DNA of 64,000 nucleotides from Mobula birostris. Taxonomy: Eukaryota. Position 1 is the first letter of the stretch. Each line of letters begins with the position of its first letter. Below the pieces are notes generated by a model, which saw nothing but the letters and a program-made list of their open reading frames with translations, had not been told where the DNA came from and searched no databases. Location of the stretch: contig NC_092386.1 of the NCBI RefSeq assembly GCF_030028105.1, positions 35,084,347 through 35,148,346 of the forward strand. Direction: 5' to 3'. The position numbers were made by a program, and so were the translations under genes. Of this stretch, positions 11,831-24,300 are shown in pieces.

Positions 11831-14800
11831 TTTGGCTCTTGGTAGGGTCACCCATGCTAAACAGGTCAAAGGGTAAAGACAAGACTAAGAGTTCTCCACC
11901 AATTCTCTAGGTCTGGGAGTTCAGCTCAGGGGTAACAACCCTGACTGGCCAAACAAAATTGTAACAGAAAAAGCAATGAGGAGTCCTTCTACATCTGATT
12001 GGTCAAGGACAGACAGATAAAGGATCTTCATTGCAGCCCTAAACGCCAGCAGGCATAATGAGTGGTGAGTAAGTAAATAAATAATGAACTGTTAACATCA
12101 ATAGTACACAGGTTAATAATCATACTAAATGGCACTTCCCATAACTTGCACCACACAGCACAAGATACAGAACTGAATTTTGGTCTTTCAGAAAATCTCT
12201 TTAATAGATTAATATTTGCTTTAAAACTTGTGAGGTTGGTCTTCATTTGTCTGAGCTACTTTTTGTGTCATTTTCATTCAAACTAGTTGGTCAAGATGTA
12301 GCTAACAAAGCAGAATGTTCACTGTTTAAGTCATGATAGCTGGCGTACAGCAAATACATGCTGCCACTTGCATGGAGGACGGCCCATTTCAGTTGCAACA
12401 TAAGTGGGACTAATGGAACATGTTGATGATGCCGAGCTGAGAGGAATATTAAAATCACAATGGTAGTTACTGGATGTTAGTGTGAGTGTGAGGAGTAAAG
12501 TACTGGAATGTTCATGATACATTAAATGGGGTGGGGGTGTGAGGAAAGTGGAGGGTTGTATCGGGTAGGACAGTGGGTGCTGTTGAAATACTTCTTCTGA
12601 GGCAGCCCCTCTCAAACAAGGATGACTTGCTGTCATCCTGATCTCTGAGAAAACTGATAAACCCAATATGAGAAATGCATACTCTTCCGCAGAGGAGGTC
12701 CCCAGTGCACGATGAGGTGGACTGAGATGGAGCTTTCAGTCCTCTGAAGTGAGTGGACCTTCTTTTTTCCTATCCACAGTCTGCACCATATTCCATAAAG
12801 CAGTAATGAAGAACTTCAGTGCTCTTCCAACAGCTTCTGCAACAATGATGTACTTTAACTCCAGTCCAGGGCAACTAGTGCTGACCACATCAGAGAAATT
12901 TAATTTCCAACCTCCCAAAGAAGACATGCAGCCAGAGTAGCAGCACACATCCTGGCTACATGCCTAATCATTTTGACGAGATCTCAGCAAAAAAAAAAAA
13001 TGCTATTTATGCGACAAAAATAGCCCATTGCTCCCTATGGCCCTGCTACTCCCTGTGACACTATTTCCAAGCAAGATTGAATTACTAGGCTCCAGTTGTA
13101 GAATCCACTCAGTAGCCAAGGTTTAGATTGTTTATATACTGTACATTTGTGAATTGCTGCTGATTAGAACACTTTCTAAATATTCCTAAGCAGCTTTAGA
13201 AAATTAAAGCCAAAATATCTGTCTGCTTGCATTTGTTTCTGTATTCTGTTCAGCAGTAGTGAAGTGAGTCACTCTGACATGGCGGATTTTAATGTGCCTG
13301 CTGTTTCCATTATGTCAAATGACTCATTGGCATGTTAATCATCAAAACAAAAGAATATTAGAAATAATAACAAGAGGAGAAATTCAGCCCCTTGCGCTTG
13401 CTTGAACGTTCAATGTAATTCAAACCTATAGAGGTGGGGTGTAAGGGTTTTGCTGGTTCTTCACTCTGCAGAACCTATTCTATCTTTGGCATTATAAGGA
13501 CTACAAACGGACATCAGGACCATCACAGAGGCTGCTGAGTGAGCCTCTATGTGGCTATGGATCAAGAGATGTGGCCCGTGGACCAATGCTGCCAGGACAC
13601 AAGCCGGGCCTTGATCAACCCTGGCTGGGTTGTCTGGGCAAGGATGTCTGACATTGAAAGACCCGAAACACCCAATGAACCCAGATTACTAATGATGTGT
13701 CCCAGTGCATCCTAGGTTGTATCTCAGCACCAAAACTAAGATCTTGGTTGATTGTCAACCACAGAAACAGCTTCCTGCATCAATCCTGCACTCTCATAAA
13801 ATTAAATTGTTTTTCTCTTTCAAGAATTAGCAACAAATACACCTGTCGAAACTCAGATTTCTAAATCAGCCCACTTCACTCCTTTTAAATTTATGATATT
13901 ACACTTTTATATTCTGATAAAATGTTCATGTACATATTAATATTTATTCTAATTACTCCACAGATAATGAAGTTCAATTTTTAAAATGTAGTTTATGTAA
14001 CATTTAAAATAAGCTTTTGGGTGCTTTTTTATCTCATTCATGGGAATTGGACACTGATAGAAAGAGCAACATTTATTGTCTATTCCGAAATGCCTTTGAG
14101 AAGATAATATGAGTCTTTCTATTGAACCATTGGAACGGCTATGGTGAAGGTATACTTCTTGCTCTGGAAGAAATTTCCACGATTTGATCCAAAAACCACA
14201 TACTTTCATGTACTTTACGGCCAAATTTTCTCCTTGAATGAGCCATCTGTTCATAATTTTGTTCATTCAGTGAACTTCATTTCAAGAAAGCCTTAAAAGG
14301 CAAGAGCACACCAGACATTTGTAAATTATTAAATTCCAGCTTTAAGTAAACGTGGCATGTGCAAAGACTGAACTACATAAATAGGAGAATGAATTCTTGA
14401 CTTAGTGACAACCCTCAAATGCAAACATAAAATGTCGTTATTCCTGATATTTGTTTTACAGAAACATACAAATTTAAATCCCTAAATCAACAATCACAGT
14501 CTTGTTACTGTGAGCCATCCACCAATAAACCTCAGCTTTATGCTGTTGAGGCAGGAAGGCTTATTGAGAGATCGGCTAACCTAGGTAATTTTTAGCAAAT
14601 AGAGGACAATATTTTCCTTTCTATGGGTGTCAAGACTGCTAGCTAGGTTTGAAGTATCAGGTAGGCCTACTTTTTCAAGACACCTGCTCCCACTTAGTAT
14701 ACAACCTTTCCACCATTCGGCTTACAGGAGGAACCTCTGCTTCTGACCAGGCCATTTTGCTGAACTTCTTATTTGGACCAGGACAAGGCTCCTCCCCAGA

Positions 14801-14899
14801 TAATTTTTGAAGATCTGCATAGGAAATGTAATCTCATGAATTGAGTTAATAGCTGATTTTAATATAAATAGCACCTGACAAAAATAGACTGTGAGCAAT

Positions 14900-17715
14900 A
14901 ACTTATAAGTAGGTGTATATCATCATAATAGGAGCTATTCAAAATTGTAAGGAGAGTTAATGGTAAACTATTCCTAAAAGGGTGTGAAAGGTACAGAAAG
15001 CAATTCTAAAGAACCCTGGTTGTCAAGGGAGATTGATGTCTGGACTAAGGCCAAAAAAGAAAACATATGTCAGGCACTGAAAATAGCAAAGGACAGTCAG
15101 AAATATAGTATGTGTTTTGGCATTGGTTTGTTATCGTCACATGTATCAATGTACAGTGGAAACACTTGTCTTGCATACTATTCATTTAATGGTGCACTGA
15201 GGTTGAATAAGGTGAAAACAATAACAATACAGTGTAAAGTGTAAAAGCTGCCGAAAAAATGCAGTGCAGGTAACAATAAAGTGTAAGATCACAATGAGGT
15301 AGATTGGCTGGAATATATTTAGAGCAGAAAAGGTAACCAAGGAAAGAGTAAAGGACAAAAATGGAAATCCATGTGTGAAGATGGAGGACACAGGTAGGGC
15401 CTTAAATGAATGTTTTTCATCTGCGTTCACCAATGAGAAGAACATTGTTCAGAAGGATGGATAGTAACATTCCAGAACATACTATCATTTAAAAATAGGA
15501 TATTTTAGATGTCTGAACAGGCACAAAGGTAGAGAAATCCTCAGGACTACTGTGGGACGCAAGAGAGGAATTTGCTCAACCCCTGAGACTGATAAGGTAC
15601 CAGATAACTATCTGAAGGGAAGCAAATGTGGCACCCTCCTTTCAGGTAAGTCAGTATAGCATCAGTGATAGGGAAGAAATTGGGAAACATTCTGAGTCAC
15701 TTAGTTACAGAACATTACAGCACAGAAGCAGGCCTTTCGGCCCACCTACTCTGTGCCTACCTGTTGTTCTGCTTAGTCCCATCGACCTGCACTTGAATTA
15801 TAGCCCTCCATACCACTCCCATCCATGTACTTACCCAAATTTTTTAAAAATGTTGACATTAAACCAACATCCACCACTTTCGCCAGCAGTTCATTCCACA
15901 CTCTCACCACCCTATGAGTGATGAAGTTTTCCCCCTGATGTTCCCCTTAAACATTACACCTTTCACCATTAACCCATGATCTCTAGTTCTATTCTCACCC
16001 AGCCTTAATGGAAAAAGCCTGCTTGCATTTATCCTATCTATACTCCTCACAATTTTGTACACCTATCAAATCCAACTTCATTCTCCTACGCTGTAGGGAA
16101 TAAAATCCTAACCTGTTCAACCTTTCCCTATAACTCAGGTCCTCAATTCCTGGCAACATCCTTGTAAATTTACTCTGCACTCTTTCAATCTTATTGGTAC
16201 TTTTCCTGTAGGTAGGTGACTGGAACTGCACACAATATTCCAGATTAGGCCTCACCAAAATCTTATACAACTTCAACATAACATTTCATCACCTGTACTC
16301 AATACTTTGATTATGAAGACCAATGCGCCAAAAGCTCTCTTTACAACCCTGTCTACTTGTGACACCACTTTCAAAGATTTATAGATTGGAATTCCTAGAC
16401 CTCTCTGTTCTACCCTACTCCTCAGTGTCCTACCATTCACTGTGTAAGTCCTACCCTGGTCTATTCTTGCTAAGTGCAAAACCTCCGCATATTCACCACC
16501 CTCTGGCTAAAGACATTTCCATACACCATTGTTTTAAAGGAATGTCCTTCTATTCTGAGGCTGCAGACTCTGGTCCCAGACTCCCAAACTATATGAAACA
16601 TGCTCTCCAAGTCCACCCTACCTAGGGCTTTCAATATTCAACAGGTTTCACTGAGAACCCCTCATTCTTCTAAGCCCAATGCCATCAAGCATTCCTCATA
16701 TGTTAATCCTTTCATTCCCAGGATCATCCTCGTGGACCTCCTCTGCACCCTCTCCAATACCAGCACATCCTTTCTGAGATAAGGGCCCAGAACTGCTCAG
16801 AATACTCCAAGTACAGTCTGACCATCACCATATAAAGCCTCAACCTTACATTCTTGCTTTTATATTTAAGTTCTCTCAAAATGAGTGTGAACAGTGCCTT
16901 CCTTACCATTGATTCAACTTGAAAGTTAGCCCTGGGAGAATCCTGCACATGGTCTTGCATGTCACTTTACACCTCTGTTTTATAATTTTCTCCCCATTTG
17001 GGAAATAGTCTACACTTTTATTCCTTCTACTAATCCATGATCATTCATTTTCCTAAACTATACTTCATCTGCCACTTCTTTGCCCATTCTCCGAATCTCT
17101 CCAAGTTCTTCTAACGGCTCCCTGCTTCCTTAACAGTACCTGCCTCTCCACCTATCTTTGTATGATCTACAAACCTGGCCACAAAACCATCAATTCCATC
17201 ATCTCAATCATTGACATCGAACACAAAAAGAAACAGTTTCAACACTGTCCCTGTGGAATGCCACTAGTCACCAGCAGCCAACAAGAAAAGACCCCCCTGT
17301 ATTCCCATTCTTTGCCTCCTGCCAGTAAGACAACTTTCTATCCATGCTAGTATTTTTCCAGTAATATATAGACTCTTGTCTTGTTGAGCAGCCTCATGTA
17401 CAGCATATTCTCAAAGGCCTTCTGAAAATCCAAATAAACAACATCAACTGACTCTCTTTTGTCTATCCTGCCAGTTATTTCCTCAAAGAATTTCAACAGA
17501 TTTGCAGGTAAGATTTCCTCTTAAGGAAACCATACTGACATCTGCCTATTTTGTTACGAGCCTCCAGTACCCCTACAACTCATCATCGGTGGTCTCCAGC
17601 ATGTTACCAATCACTCAAGTCAGGCTAACTGAACTATAACTTCCCGCCTTTTGCCTCCGTCCCTTCTTAAAGAATGGAGTGACATTTACAATTTTCCAGT
17701 CCTTATAGCTTCCAT
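14900..17715. mobile_element. CR1 fragments: + 14900-15695; - 15700-16480; - 16490-17715
   Basis: [22 protein letters not shown] and NVTPFFKKG RT-region motifs. Confidence 0.75.
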
Positions 17716-17869
17716 ATAAGGCAGTCGGTTGACATTGGGACACCAAGGGCAAGGGCAGGGGGCATGGGGCATGAGTTGTTTGTGAGCTGGCTGTGCTCTT
17801 GATGAAAATTCTCAATTATCTTCCCAAATTCTTCACTTCCAGGGAAAAAAAATTGGCACAAAAAAAAAA

Positions 17870-18500
17870 CAAACAAGTTGAACCATTATCACGGGCACTG
17901 GCATAAATCAAGTTACCTAAAGTTGCAGAGTTCAGTGTTGAGTTCCAGTAGGCTGCAATGTGCCCCGACAGAAGATGAGGTGCTCTTCCTCAGGCTTGTG
18001 TTTTCCTCACTACGACAGTATCAGACTTAAGACTCCACAGAGCAGTACGCCAGTGTTGAGAGTGGGATGAGGAATTAAAGTGAAGGGCCGCAGGAAGATC
18101 AGGGCTGCTCCTGCAAAATTACTGCAGGTCTTCCATAAAGTGATCACCCAATCTGTAGTTGGTTTCTTCAATGTAGAGGAAGGTGCATTGTGAACATGGA
18201 ATGCGGTACACTAGGTTAGAAGAAGCACAAATATGTTGCAGTTTCACCTGGAAAGGTTATTTTGGTCCCTGGATGGTAAAAAGGGAAGAGGTGAAAAGTT
18301 AAGCATAGCATCACCTACAGTTGCAAGGGAAAGTGTCACAAGAAGAGAGTAGGGTGGTGAGAATGGACAGTAGACCAGGAAATCATGGTAAGAATGGTCA
18401 CTGTGAAATGCTGAAAGGGGAAGAGGGGAAGGCATGTCTGGTAATGGAATCACATTAAAGGTGGCCGAATTGTGGAGAATGATCTGTTTTATGTGGAGGC
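17870..18500 (-). mobile_element. Penelope-like element fragment
   Basis: Minus-strand similarity to 4100-4560 (IILHNS...PLSAFHSDHS). Confidence 0.6.
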
Positions 18501-18910
18501 TTTTGCCAGCGTCCTGTAAACTTTTGTTAGAATGCAATGTGTTCATTAACAGCATTGGCAACCGATGGGAATTTATTCTCTCAACGTGTACAATAAGTGC
18601 CACCCGCACATTGCAACTTGTTTACTGTGACTTGGAATACTGGAAGAGCTTCAACTTAGCTCTAAAGATAATTTTCACACCCACTGAAGTTGAAGTACAA
18701 AACTGAAGCAAGAAAAATTGAAAAAACTCTTGAGGCAAGTACAGTCTTCACTGAGATTGGTTCTGGTGTTGATCCACCAATTAATATTATGGCTTGCATA
18801 CCATTTTGGAGCCAGCATACGATAGAGATCAACTTCTGTGGACAGCCAAATTTGAGAAGGGTAATCAATGGTACCTGCTAATGGATAAAAAGATTTTGAC
18901 AACATCCTCA
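18500..18910 (-). mobile_element. RTE-type LINE RT fragment
   Basis: LLKFGCPQKLISIV..LQNGMQA motif typical of RTE/BovB RT. Confidence 0.6.
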
Positions 18911-19279
18911 ATATAGATTTACAAGGTAAGGATCTGAAGTATTCTTCAGTCAGAAACATTATTACAGACCAGAACAGGTACTTTTCAAATCATGCGAAAG
19001 AGGAAACTTCTGAATTTTTACCTGAGTTTGCAAATTCAGATACTTTATGTCTATATATAGTACCATGTATAATTTTCAGTTTTATTGTCCTCCTGTAAAC
19101 TGTAAAATTATTTGATGACTAATAATATACTTGTTTATGAAACAGAGCGAACATCGTCCAATTTCCAGGTCATTTTTGTATGTGAAACATTGCTCTAGTG
19201 ACCTTAAATTCTTTACGCAGATCTTCAGGTTGTTCACTGCAGCTGTACCAGTTTTGCATAGCTTGTAAGATCTAATATT

Positions 19280-19440
19280 TGATTGGTTCAGTACAGTCTG
19301 CAGTGTTCAGTCAATCAGACACAAGTCCAGCCACAGATGACCTCATTGGGAGTGGCAAGGATATAAATTCACAGTCATACAACTGACTAGGAGTAGTCTG
19401 TGGGACTGTTAGTAGCAGCTAGGGTTTACAGTTGGTAAGT
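19280..19440 (+). promoter_or_regulatory. Annexin core promoter and non-coding exon 1 (~19390-19434)
   Basis: ATTGG (inverted CCAAT) at 19282 and 19345; TATAAA at 19362-19367; consensus donor TTG|gtaagt at 19435. Vertebrate ANXA1 has a short non-coding exon 1. TSS inferred, not observed. Confidence 0.7.
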
Positions 19441-21294
19441 TTAATTTACTTTTAATATTTGTTCTGATTAACTATCAATAAAAGCCATTACGTTCTGTAG
19501 AAATGTAAACTTCTGCTGAACAATACTTGCATCTTTGATTTGAGATCACTTTGTAGTGTAAGACTATTTCAACGAGTCTGTTTCTAATTTCAACACATTC
19601 TGTATGATATGGTTTTAAGTTTATTCTGGTAAAGTGAGTTACTAGTTGTTTGAGAAACTTTGAAACATTTGACGTGACAATGATCATAAAGTTACCAGCC
19701 TTTGAGAGGAATGTTGTGAGTCAAGTATCTTGGCAGGAGGAACTGTCTGGAATGTTAACCCATTCTTCACAACTTGAGTTTTGCTCTAAAATGCGTCCTT
19801 ACATAGATGTTGTCAGTTTATACATTTTACCTCGTATTTGGGACAAGAGGTTACATAATGTCAATTGTCTGTTTGATTGGGCTAAAGACAATTGTATTTA
19901 GAATATTGAATCAAATGATTTATTTGGAGCTTGTGCGTGTTCTCTTTAGAAATGTAGTTCTGGAATTAATGTTGAATATATCACTCTCCATGACTTGGAG
20001 ATGCTTTGCTTTTTCTCACTGGTCCATTGACAGAATTATGAACCTGCTTACACCTGACAGCAGTGGTGTCTGATCAGACTGCGGTGGTTGAATCCCTTCT
20101 CAAGGTCAACAGCTGGGAAAACACTGGACTTGATCAGTGATGTCCATGAAATTTAGGAAGATACAGACAAAAAAATATGGACACCAGACTGCAATTTGTA
20201 TTTTGTCCTGTTGAAGCACCAATCCCATGGGCTTTAATGAGAAATAAGTTGTCTCAGTTTGTTAGTATTCTTGATAGGTTCAACTAGTTCTTTTTTAATG
20301 CTGGACTAGACTCTTTTAGCCTTTTTATAAGCTGTTTGGGAGGTGGGATGTGTGGAAATCCACTCCTGTCCTTCAGTCTGATGGTTATAGTTGTAATCTA
20401 TAACCTTTGCACCCTTTTTACTTTTTTTCATTGCTCCCATCAGCCTCTGAAATCTTGCTCAATGGGTGTGGTGCTTTGCTTCCTACAATGCATAACATTA
20501 CGTTTAACAGTGCTTTCATATGGCGAGAGATATGATTTTGAAGACTCATAACTGTTTAAACAAATTCAAATTCTAAGCTTTCTATGCATTCAAATTGCAA
20601 ACACTATTACATTGTTCATATTCAACAGATTATCACAAGCAATTATATTTACAAACATTTCAGCTGACTCTTTCTTGCAATATGTTCTGCTAATTCTAAT
20701 TCTGCAATGTGCAATAAAAAATGGTCTGCTTTTTCCCCCCACAATCTTTATCCTGGATTAGAATTTTATAATCTCTCAAGGAGGCTTCTTGGCTTTGTTT
20801 TTTGGCCTGTAATGGAATAAAATCTAACCACTGTTCAAGAAGTGCTTTTATTCTGTTACTAAAGCTTAAGTAAATACAGTAGTTGGAGAAATTTTAATCT
20901 ATATACTTGAGACTGATATGGGTGGCATGGACTGATGTATATTTTTTGCCTCCTTCTCAGTTAGAGATGCTTTAAGGTGACTGAATATTAGCCTTTTACA
21001 GAGGAAGACATACTAATACACTAAACCTGCCATAATTAACATGAATTTTCCTGGTGAATTATAAGTAAAATTCTAGTCAAAGTATTGAACATCAGTGTAC
21101 TAAAAGGAAATAAAATCTGACTTTCAAACCTCTACAATTGTCTGGAAAAATAATGAGCTAAAATAATATTTTGATAGAGCATTCAGCTAACAAACACCAT
21201 TTCTTAAATTGTATAATTATAATTGTTTCTAAGATGCTTTTCAAAAAAAAAAATCCAATAATCTGTTTTATCTTCAACAGGAAACTAACATAAA

Positions 21295-21348
21295 ATGACA
21301 ACAAACATTATCAGTCAACTCCTCCTGAATGCCAAATATCGCCCTCAC
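21295..21348 (+). CDS. ANXA1: Annexin coding exon 1 (gene exon 2; exon starts 21281): [18 protein letters not shown]
   Basis: Acceptor ttttatcttcaacAG ends 21280; aaaATG at 21295; donor CAC|gtaagc; phase 0 fits the next exon. Confidence 0.8.
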
Positions 21349-24300
21349 GTAAGCATTTATAATTCCCAGTCTTGCTCTTTGCACAGATGGTTATTAAAAA
21401 CAGTTACATTTTTGATAGGAAGATTTTCTCCTTTAGTTTTTGGGGTACCAAATTGAAAAAAGCCTTTGGCCATTGGAACTTCATAAATCAAAGTATTGAG
21501 AACAAGAGATGGGATGTTATGTTGAAGTTGTATAAGATGTTGGTGAGGCCTAATTTGGAGTATTGTGTGCAGTCTTGGTCACCTACTTACACAACAGATG
21601 TAAATAAGGCTGGAAGATAACAGAGAAAATTTACAAGGATGTTGCCAGAACTGGAGGTCCTGAGCTATAAGGAAAGATTGAATAGTTAGGACTTTATTCC
21701 GTGGAACATCGAAGATTGAAGGGAGATTTCATAGAGGTATACTAAATTATGAAGGTATAGATATGGTAAATGCAAGCAGGCTTTTTCCACTGAGGTTGTG
21801 TGGGACTACAACTAGAGGTCATGGGTTAAGGGGAAAAGGTGAGAAGATTAAGGGAACATGAGGGGAAACTTCTTCACTCAGGGGGTTGTGAGTGTGGAAC
21901 AAGCTGCCAGAGCAAGTGGTACATGCAAGCATGATTTCAACATTTAAGAGAAGTTTGGATAGTACATGGATGGTAGAGGTGTGGAGGGCTGTGGCCCAGA
22001 CACAGGTTGATGAGAGTAGGCAATTTAAATGGCTTGGCATGGACTAGATGAGTCAAAGTGACTGTCTCTGTGCTGTACTTTTCTATGACTCTATTACTTG
22101 ATTCTGTGAAGTGTGTTCAGCTTCACTTTATAGAGAAGTCTGAATAAACTTTGCTACAGTTGTGTAAGTTTTGTAAATATATATGCATATTCAATGCTCT
22201 GCTAATAATAATAGATTTATTCATTTTGGTTCAATTATTTCATTGATTATTGCCATAAATGTGCCATAAAGGTATAGCATCTGCATGATATATCACCAGT
22301 GTGTTTGCCCTTGCATAAGACCAAAAGACACAAGAACAGAATTAGGCCATGTAGTCCATTGAGTCTGCTCCACCACTCAATCATGGCGGATTTATTTTCT
22401 CTCTCAATCCCACTCTCCCGTCTTCTCCTTGTAACCTTTGACATGTTTAGTAATCAACAAACTTCAGCTTTCACTTTAGAGGGATGAGGGAGGATCTCAC
22501 TGAGCTATATCAAATATTGAAAGGCCTAGATAGAGTGGATGCGGAGAGGATGTTTCCAATCATCAGGAGAGTTTAGGACCAGAGCGCACAGCCTCAGAAT
22601 ACAAGAATGTCCCTTTAGAACAGAGAGGAGAAGGAATTTCTTTAGCCAGACAGTGGGGAATCTGTGGAATTCATTGTTACAGTCCAGATTATCATTGAAA
22701 AGGTCCCTTTCAGCAGCATTATCCACTTACTGTTCTGTGCATCAATTCCTACTGAATTGAACTTGTAAATATAAATTTCAAAGTAATTTTCAGACTTTAT
22801 GCTGCTTTGTAATGACAATCAAGAAATCCAAAACAATGTAAATCTACTTACATGATCTTTATGACTATTGGAATAGTAGTTATTCAATATTTTTGGATTA
22901 CCTTTGTTTGACAACTTGTGAACAAAGGTTCGATTTTTCTATTAACGACATTGCATTGTCAAGATAGTTGACAAAATCAATTAATTATGAGAATATCTCA
23001 TAGGTTATGTTTCCTTTCCTTGCAATGATAAGGATTCAAATATAATTGAGAAGCTATTGTTAGTATGTTTGGAAATATTTCTATGAATGAATTACATTAC
23101 TAAAGCAGACCATTATTCAACAGGCTTCCACTGATTTATTAAATGTTAATAATGTTACCATGCCACATTCACAGATAACATAGAGTACAGTCCATACCAA
23201 ACTGTTACTCTGCCTCGTCCCATTGACACACACCTGGATCCTATCCCTCCATACAAGTACTTATCCAAATTTCTTTTATATATTGCAATCAACTCTGCAT
23301 CAATCACTTCCACTGGCAGGTCATTCCACACTCTCACTGATCACTGAGTGAAGAAGTTACCCCTGAGGTTTCCCTTAAATATTTCACCTTTCACCAATGA
23401 CCTCTCACCCAACCTCAGTGGAAAAAAATCCGCATAAAGTTACCCTATCTATACCCCGCATGATTTTGGATACCTCTAACAAGTCTCATTCTCCTGCACC
23501 TCAGGGAAAATAGCCCTAACTTATTCAACCTTTCCCTATAATTCAGGTCCTAGTCCTGGCATTATCTTTGTAAATTTTCTCTGTAATTTTTCAATCTCAT
23601 TGATATGTTTGAGAATGATACGTCTAATGATGTGAGCTGTGACTAGGACATCCAGATCGTTAATAAGTTTAAGAAAATCTTTGGACCAACAAAGATGTAC
23701 AGATCAAGCAACAACATGTGATCTATAAATATGCGATGAAGTAAAATGTCCACATCTTTCACCCGCTGTATAGAAGGCAATACATTAACTGTAGAGATGT
23801 ATCATTACTGTGATATTTTCTTCCACCTACCCAAACGTAGCCTTCTTCCCTTGATGGAGCAACCGTTAGACCATTTCCTGGCTTTGACCCAAATGCTGAT
23901 GCAACTGCATTAAATAATGCACTCAATGCAAAAGGTAAGCAGATTTTTAATCTTTAATCTGGCTTGATTTTAATATGTTATCTTAGGTAATTACTGGTTC
24001 CTTGAACTGATATAAGTTCAGTCATTCTTCCAATGGTTTATTGACTGTATATTGCAACTTGGTACTGATTTAAATGCAGAAATAACTGAGTTCATTTGTC
24101 ACAAGCTCAATCACAAAACTTCCTCGACCCCAGAGTCATGCAGCACAGAAACAGGCCCTTTGGCCCACCATTTCCATGGTAACCATTAATTAATTAATTC
24201 TAATCCAGGCTACTAGTTTTGGTTCATAACCTTGGGTATCTTAATGATTTGGTTACTAGTCCCAAAAGTATTTACATGTTGAGAGTACCTGCCTCTACTT

